From NCBI RefSeq assembly GCF_014280175.1, contig NZ_CP047931.1, forward strand, positions 840,001 through 872,000: DNA of 32,000 nt, read 5' to 3'. Numbering within the stretch: position 1 is the stretch's first letter; every line of letters begins with the position of its first letter. Shown here piece by piece: positions 28,138 to 32,000 of this stretch. Origin of the DNA: Synechococcus sp. A15-28 (lineage in GTDB: Bacteria > Cyanobacteriota > Cyanobacteriia > PCC-6307 > Cyanobiaceae). A program made the position numbers and the translations under genes. The notes under the pieces were generated by a model. The model was given only the letters and a program-made list of their open reading frames with translations. It was not told the DNA's origin and did not search any database.

Positions 28138-28386
28138 TCAGAGATAAACCTTTCTTCCTTTGGGTGTGATGCGGTAGCGACCGCCTTTGGGTCCAATGTG
28201 AATGGCACTGTCAACTGCAGGATTTCTTGGGCGATGGGTGGGTTTGTTGATCCCCTGATCATCCGTATGTCGTGGTTGTACCACGACTTTGGCTCGCACG
28301 CTGTTCAGTTGAGCCGTGAGCATCTCCAGAAGTGTTGACATGGTCCTGTCGATCAGCTGAACTCTTTCATTGTGCAGAGGCGTCAA
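28138..28386 (-). CDS. Small basic orphan protein with a C-terminal GPKGGRY...KGRKVY motif (PBCV-type basic adaptor-like)
   Basis: The ORF ends ...AIHIGPKGGRYRITPKGRKVYL*. The start is either TTG 28386 (82 aa) or ATG 28341 (67 aa, MSTLLEML...). It lies within the low-GC islet. The overlapping plus-strand ORF 28105-28338 has no recognisable features. Confidence 0.5.
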   Translation of the reverse strand: MTPLHNERVQLIDRTMSTLLEMLTAQLNSVRAKVVVQPRHTDDQGINKPTHRPRNPAVDSAIHIGPKGGRYRITPKGRKVYL

Positions 28387-28473
28387 TCGACGTTTATGCC
28401 TAAGCGCAGTGAGGTGCTGTCAGCATGGTTTGACTTAATCGTACTGGCAATTGGATGTCGTTAATTTAATTTT

Positions 28474-28878
28474 TCATCTCCTGTTGGCGCGAACCCTGGA
28501 CACGTTGCAACTGCTCTTTTCCCCGGATGGCGACGTTCTCTTCACAAAGCCTTTGTTGCACACATACGCCAATGCTTTTCCATTTGCCTTGTAACGAACG
28601 AAGCACTCTCCAAGCGACGTGAAATTAAATTGGTAGTTGTTCCAATTGGTGTTTTTGTTGAGGTAAGTGCGAAATTCTTCGGGGTTGGAAACCGGCAGTG
28701 ACCAAGAAGGGGCTGCACTTAAACAGAGTCCTACGCAGGCAAGCGCTATTCCGGCTTTGTGATGACACTTAAGTTTTCCCGTGGTGAAACAAACTGGTCC
28801 CGGCCTTTTGCGATCGATGAACAGTGGTAGAGGTCGTTTGGTTTGAGAAATTGCTTCTACTTCCGTTTTTTTTAACAT
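28474..28878 (-). CDS. Orphan secreted small protein (signal-peptide-like segment, Cys-containing, N/K-rich mature part)
   Basis: 134-aa ORF. The hydrophobic segment AGIALACVGLCLSAAPSWS is followed by a ~75-aa polar region with 3 Cys. About 40 residues precede the hydrophobic segment, and I saw no in-frame ATG/GTG/TTG closer to it. AT-rich codon usage. Confidence 0.45.
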   Translation of the reverse strand: MLKKTEVEAISQTKRPLPLFIDRKRPGPVCFTTGKLKCHHKAGIALACVGLCLSAAPSWSLPVSNPEEFRTYLNKNTNWNNYQFNFTSLGECFVRYKANGKALAYVCNKGFVKRTSPSGEKSSCNVSRVRANRR

Positions 28879-28883
28879 GACCT

Positions 28884-30128
28884 ATGGCGCCGGATCCTCT
28901 GGAACGAGCGCAACGCCTTTGGTCGTTCATCGTTGCTAAACAAGGTTCAGGTGTTGTCATTTCCCAGGTGTTCATAGGGGTTGACGTCCAACATTTGGTC
29001 AGGGCAACCAGTCTTGCTCTGGGACTGCTGCTGACAACGCCGGCGGTGGCGGAGTCCCGGCTTGAGCGTCTTCTGCCTCGCCGCACGACCATGGGGGTGT
29101 GGCTGACCAACAGCCCCAGCAAGCTGTACTACGACCGTGCGCGGATCACAGCAGCACTGGAGCAACTGCAGCAGGCCGGGTTCAATCGCGTGGTGCCCAA
29201 CGTATGGAGTCGCGGCACCACGTTTCACCAAAGCCGCTTCGCACCGGTGGAGCCACCGCTCGTCAAGGCAGGTGTGGAGGTGGATCCGATCTGCACGTTG
29301 GCGGAGGAGGGCCGCAAGCGAGGCATCAAGGTGATGCCCTGGTTTGAGTACGGCCTGATGGAACCGGCCGACGCCGCCGTTGTCCGGGAGCACCCCGAGT
29401 GGGTGTTGGCCAAAGCTGATGGTCAGCGCTGGATGGCGATGCATGGGGACCACCGCATGGCCTGGCTCAACCCGGCGCATCCGGAGGTGCGAGAACGGTT
29501 CATTGGCCTGGTCGTGGAGACGTTGAAGCGCTGTCCGATGGATGGTCTGCAGCTGGACGACCACTTCGCCTGGCCGATGCAGTTCGGCTACGACCCCTAC
29601 ACCGTTGAGCTGTACCGGCAGCAGACCGGATCAGCCCCCCCGCGTGACCACACCAACCGGATGTGGATGAGCTGGCGTCGCCGTCAGCTCACGGCGTTGC
29701 TGCGGGACTTGCGGGAACGATTGAAGCAGGAGGATCTTTCCAAAACGATCAGCCTGTCGCCGGGACCGTTTCGGCAGGCCTACAACCTTTGGCTTCAGGA
29801 CTGGGAACTGTGGGCGCTGGGGGAGTTGATCGACGAGTTGGTGGTGCAGAACTACGCCTATTCCGTGAACGGGTTTGCCCGCGATCTCGACCAACCGGCG
29901 TTGCGCAAGGCCCGCGACTGGCGGATCCCAACCCAGATCGGAATCCTGGCGGGGTTCGGACGACGCACCACGTCCATGGGCGATCTGGAGCAAAAGGTTC
30001 GCCTGGCCCGTGAACGCGGTTACGGCGTGATCTTCTTTTACTGGGAGGGCCTCTGGGGTCGGCATGTGCCGGAGACCAACCGCCAGCAACGCTTCGATTC
30101 CTTCCGGTTGCTGGGGCGTGAGGACTGA
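28884..30128 (+). CDS. Glycosyl-hydrolase-like family 10 (GHL10/DUF187) protein, secreted
   Basis: MGVWLTNS...AGFNRVVPNVWSRGTTFHQS...KVMPWFEYGLM...DGLQLDDHF is typical of GHL10 TIM-barrel proteins. The true start is probably the in-frame GTG 28968 or TTG 28995 (MVRATSLALGLLLTTPAVA signal peptide), not ATG 28884, which lies only 5 bp from the divergent islet ORF. Confidence 0.85.
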   Translation: MAPDPLERAQRLWSFIVAKQGSGVVISQVFIGVDVQHLVRATSLALGLLLTTPAVAESRLERLLPRRTTMGVWLTNSPSKLYYDRARITAALEQLQQAGFNRVVPNVWSRGTTFHQSRFAPVEPPLVKAGVEVDPICTLAEEGRKRGIKVMPWFEYGLMEPADAAVVREHPEWVLAKADGQRWMAMHGDHRMAWLNPAHPEVRERFIGLVVETLKRCPMDGLQLDDHFAWPMQFGYDPYTVELYRQQTGSAPPRDHTNRMWMSWRRRQLTALLRDLRERLKQEDLSKTISLSPGPFRQAYNLWLQDWELWALGELIDELVVQNYAYSVNGFARDLDQPALRKARDWRIPTQIGILAGFGRRTTSMGDLEQKVRLARERGYGVIFFYWEGLWGRHVPETNRQQRFDSFRLLGRED

Positions 30129-30131
30129 GCC

Positions 30132-30365
30132 TTGACGGAGATCGAGCTCAACCGACTGCGCGCCAAGTTGCGGCGCCTGGCCTTCACCGAGGAGGCGATT
30201 GACCGCACCCTGCGGCGATTTCAGAGGGATCTGGAGACCTTTGAATCAGCCAGCCGGATCATCGAGGGCCTTGAGCGTGAGAAACCAGAACAGCAGGTGC
30301 TGCAAGCCCTGGCCTGTGGCCTGATCGCGGCCGTGTTGGGGGGATGGTTCGCCACTGTGAGCTAG
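30132..30365 (+). CDS. Small hypothetical protein with a C-terminal TM helix (tail-anchored topology)
   Basis: 77 codons, with a TTG start 3 nt after the GHL10 stop. G/C-rich third positions. A charged helical N-terminus is followed by LACGLIAAVLGGWFATV. Confidence 0.5.
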   Translation: MTEIELNRLRAKLRRLAFTEEAIDRTLRRFQRDLETFESASRIIEGLEREKPEQQVLQALACGLIAAVLGGWFATVS

Positions 30366-30375
30366 CTGATGAGAA

Positions 30376-31152
30376 TCAGGGGCGTTTGAACAGCAACAGC
30401 CCCACACACAGCACGCCAATCAAAGGGCCAGGGGGGAGATCCGCGGCAACCGCGAGCATCATGCCGCCGCCACAGAGCAGCAGGCCTGTTCCCGCAGAGC
30501 GCAGCATCAACCCCCGCAAGCTCAGGCAGCGGTCCACATGCACCAGCACAGGAGCACAGAGCAGGGCGATCACCAGCACGATGCCCACAGCCGTGATGGC
30601 GCTGATCACCACGAGGGCAGTGATCACGATGGCGGTGAAACGAATTCTGGACACCGGGCGTTTGGCCGCGACGGCTCCATCGGGATCGACGCCGAGGAAC
30701 ACCAGATCGCTGTAACACCGGCTCAGAAGCACCAGCAGCGCGACGGTTGCCACGGCGGTGCGAATCAGGTCTGCTTCGTTGGCGGCCAGAAGGTCGCCGA
30801 ACAGCAGGGTTTCCAGATCAACCCGCGCCTGCAGCAAGGGCACCATCAGCACGCCAAGGGCGGTGAATCCGGCCAGAACAGTGTTCATGGCACCTTCTTC
30901 TCGGCCTTTGAAGCGTTGGTTGAGTCGTTCCGCCAACAGCGCCCCGAGCAGTCCGCTGATCAGGCCGCCGATGGTTGGGTCGAGTTCGAAAGCCAGCGCC
31001 AGGATCAGGCCGGGCAAGACCGAATGGGCCATCAGATTGGCCAGCAGGATGCGCCGCTGGGTGATCAGCAGTGAGCCGGTCGCTGGGCAAATCAGCCCGA
31101 TCAGCAGGGCCAGGATCAATGGCGTCAGCCACCAGAGGTCGAGCTCAGCCAC
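30376..31152 (-). CDS. znuB: Metal (zinc-type) ABC transporter permease, ABC-3 family
   Basis: 258-aa polytopic protein typical of ZnuB/MntB permeases. The GTG start overlaps the upstream ATPase gene by 8 bp. Zinc specificity is inferred from the divergent arrangement and the Zur-type box. Confidence 0.8.
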   Translation of the reverse strand: MAELDLWWLTPLILALLIGLICPATGSLLITQRRILLANLMAHSVLPGLILALAFELDPTIGGLISGLLGALLAERLNQRFKGREEGAMNTVLAGFTALGVLMVPLLQARVDLETLLFGDLLAANEADLIRTAVATVALLVLLSRCYSDLVFLGVDPDGAVAAKRPVSRIRFTAIVITALVVISAITAVGIVLVIALLCAPVLVHVDRCLSLRGLMLRSAGTGLLLCGGGMMLAVAADLPPGPLIGVLCVGLLLFKRP

Positions 31153-31837
31153 AGCAATAGCTCCCCATCAAGCAGGCCATGTCGTTGAGCTGGTCGCGCA
31201 CCTCAGCGGGGGGTCCCGCGGCAAGCACCCTGCGATCCAGAACGATGACGTGGTCGTAACTGTCGAGGGCACTGCCCCAGTCGTGGCTGCTCACCAGAAG
31301 GGTCTGACCGGAGCTGGCCTGTTGGCGCATCACCCCGAGAAGGTGCTCACGGCTGGGGGGATCGATGGCACTGCAGGGTTCATCAAGCAACAGGACGTCG
31401 CTCTGCTGCATCAAGGCTCGGGCCAGCAGCACCCGTTGCTGTTGGCCACCGGAGAGCTGATTGAGACGCCGCCCCCGCATCTCCCCCATTCCGACCCGCT
31501 CAAGCAGGGTCTCGGCCGTCGTTGTGCCATGGCTTTTGGTTTGTCCAAGCCTGACCATGTCCCTCACGGTGATGGGAAAGGTCCAGTCGATGGCTGCCTT
31601 CTGGGGCATCAGGCCAATGCTGCCGCAGCATTCAAAGGTTCCTCCCGAAGGTTGGAGGCGGCCATGCAACAGATGCAGAAGCGTTGATTTGCCAGCGCCA
31701 TTGGGCCCAACCAGTGCCGTCAGCGTGCCGGGCTGGAGCTCCAGGTCGACACGCTCCAGTGTTGGTTTTGGGCCGTAGCTGTAGCTGAGATTCCTGGCTG
31801 CGAGATGCCCCTTGATGGACGAATGCGGTTCTGTCAC
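31145..31837 (-). CDS. znuC: Metal (zinc-type) ABC transporter ATP-binding protein
   Basis: Walker A GPNGAGKST, signature LSGGQQQR and Walker B LLLDEP. GTG start at 31837. Confidence 0.85.
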   Translation of the reverse strand: MTEPHSSIKGHLAARNLSYSYGPKPTLERVDLELQPGTLTALVGPNGAGKSTLLHLLHGRLQPSGGTFECCGSIGLMPQKAAIDWTFPITVRDMVRLGQTKSHGTTTAETLLERVGMGEMRGRRLNQLSGGQQQRVLLARALMQQSDVLLLDEPCSAIDPPSREHLLGVMRQQASSGQTLLVSSHDWGSALDSYDHVIVLDRRVLAAGPPAEVRDQLNDMACLMGSYCCG

Positions 31838-31904
31838 AGCTGCGGTGGGTTCACTTCATCATGCGGTCGCGATTGGGTTGCGCCAACCCGTTGAACTGTA
31901 AAAA

Positions 31905-31919
31905 TGATAATCATTCTCA
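31905..31919. promoter_or_regulatory. Fur-family operator, best fit to a cyanobacterial Zur box (7-1-7 inverted repeat)
   Basis: TGATAAT-C-ATTCTCA differs at one position from the TGATAATnATTATCA Zur consensus. The wider AATGATAATCATT (31903-31915) is the core of the classical Fur box. It sits between the divergent znuC start (31837) and a lipoprotein gene ATG (31930). Confidence 0.6.
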
Positions 31920-31929
31920 TTCGAGTGTC

Positions 31930-32000
31930 ATGGCGCGTCCTGCGCTTTTGGTCAAGGGTCTGGCGGTCGCCCTGGGCGTTGTCTCGGGTTGTTCAGTCGC
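31930..32000 (+). CDS. znuA: Partial CDS: lipoprotein, probably the periplasmic metal-binding protein of the transporter
   Basis: ATG 31930 gives MARPALLVKGLAVALGVVSGCSV..., with a lipobox (VSGC). It is truncated by the window edge. Identity is inferred only from the divergent position next to znuCB. Confidence 0.45.
   Translation, partial: MARPALLVKGLAVALGVVSGCSV

Larger units (their letters stand above)
28047..28967. other. Low-GC islet (probable horizontally acquired insert) between the core genes prs and GHL10
   Basis: Hand counts give 42 G+C in 28381-28480 (100 nt) and 20 G+C in 28621-28680 (60 nt), against 58 G+C in 27901-28000 (100 nt, inside prs). Codons in the two ORFs here frequently end in A/T (AAA, TTT, AAT), unlike neighbouring genes. 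I saw no tRNA, integrase or flanking direct repeat. Confidence 0.7.

Noticed and set aside
28105-28338. 77-aa plus-strand ORF in the low-GC islet
   Set aside because: It is fully antisense to the 28138-28386 ORF, which carries a recognisable conserved C-terminal motif. The plus-strand translation has no features. Both cannot easily be real, and confidence in the choice is moderate only.
1-32000. Search for tRNA or rRNA genes, CRISPR arrays, IS or transposase or integrase genes, and recognisable defence or toxin-antitoxin modules
   Set aside because: Reading both strands showed no spaced direct-repeat arrays, no tRNA-like T-arm (GGTTCGAATCC-type) sequences in intergenic spacers, and no ORF with recombinase, nuclease or defence signatures. 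By-eye scanning can miss short or degenerate elements.

Overview
This is a high-GC cyanobacterial chromosome segment. Gene content and order look like a marine Synechococcus (subcluster 5.1-like); the plant-type divinyl reductase gene dvr argues against Prochlorococcus. Almost all of the window is tightly packed core genome. The identifiable genes are recR, lipA, a GST-DUF952 fusion plus a GNAT-like gene, a minus-strand block lysA-cdaA-uppS-bioB-trhO, and rimI. Next comes clpC, translationally coupled to three enzyme-like genes, then cdsA, rlpA, an Orn/Lys/Arg-decarboxylase-family gene and an ABC1 kinase. After these are an OmpR/HisKA two-component pair, an RluB-like pseudouridine synthase, a RodZ-like protein, malQ, dvr, an LCP protein and prs. 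The window ends with a GHL10 glycosyl-hydrolase-like gene and a divergent znuCB / znuA locus with a Zur-type box. I found no rRNA, tRNA, CRISPR array, transposase or integrase. I also see no convincing multi-gene novel system. The only clearly accessory DNA is a ~0.9 kb low-GC islet (about 28.05-28.97 kb) between prs and the GHL10 gene; it carries two small orphan genes. The other second-look items are domain-architecture and operon-coupling oddities in conserved genes. All are inferences from reading the translations and need database or experimental checks. The many long antisense ORFs in the track are high-GC shadow ORFs and were rejected.
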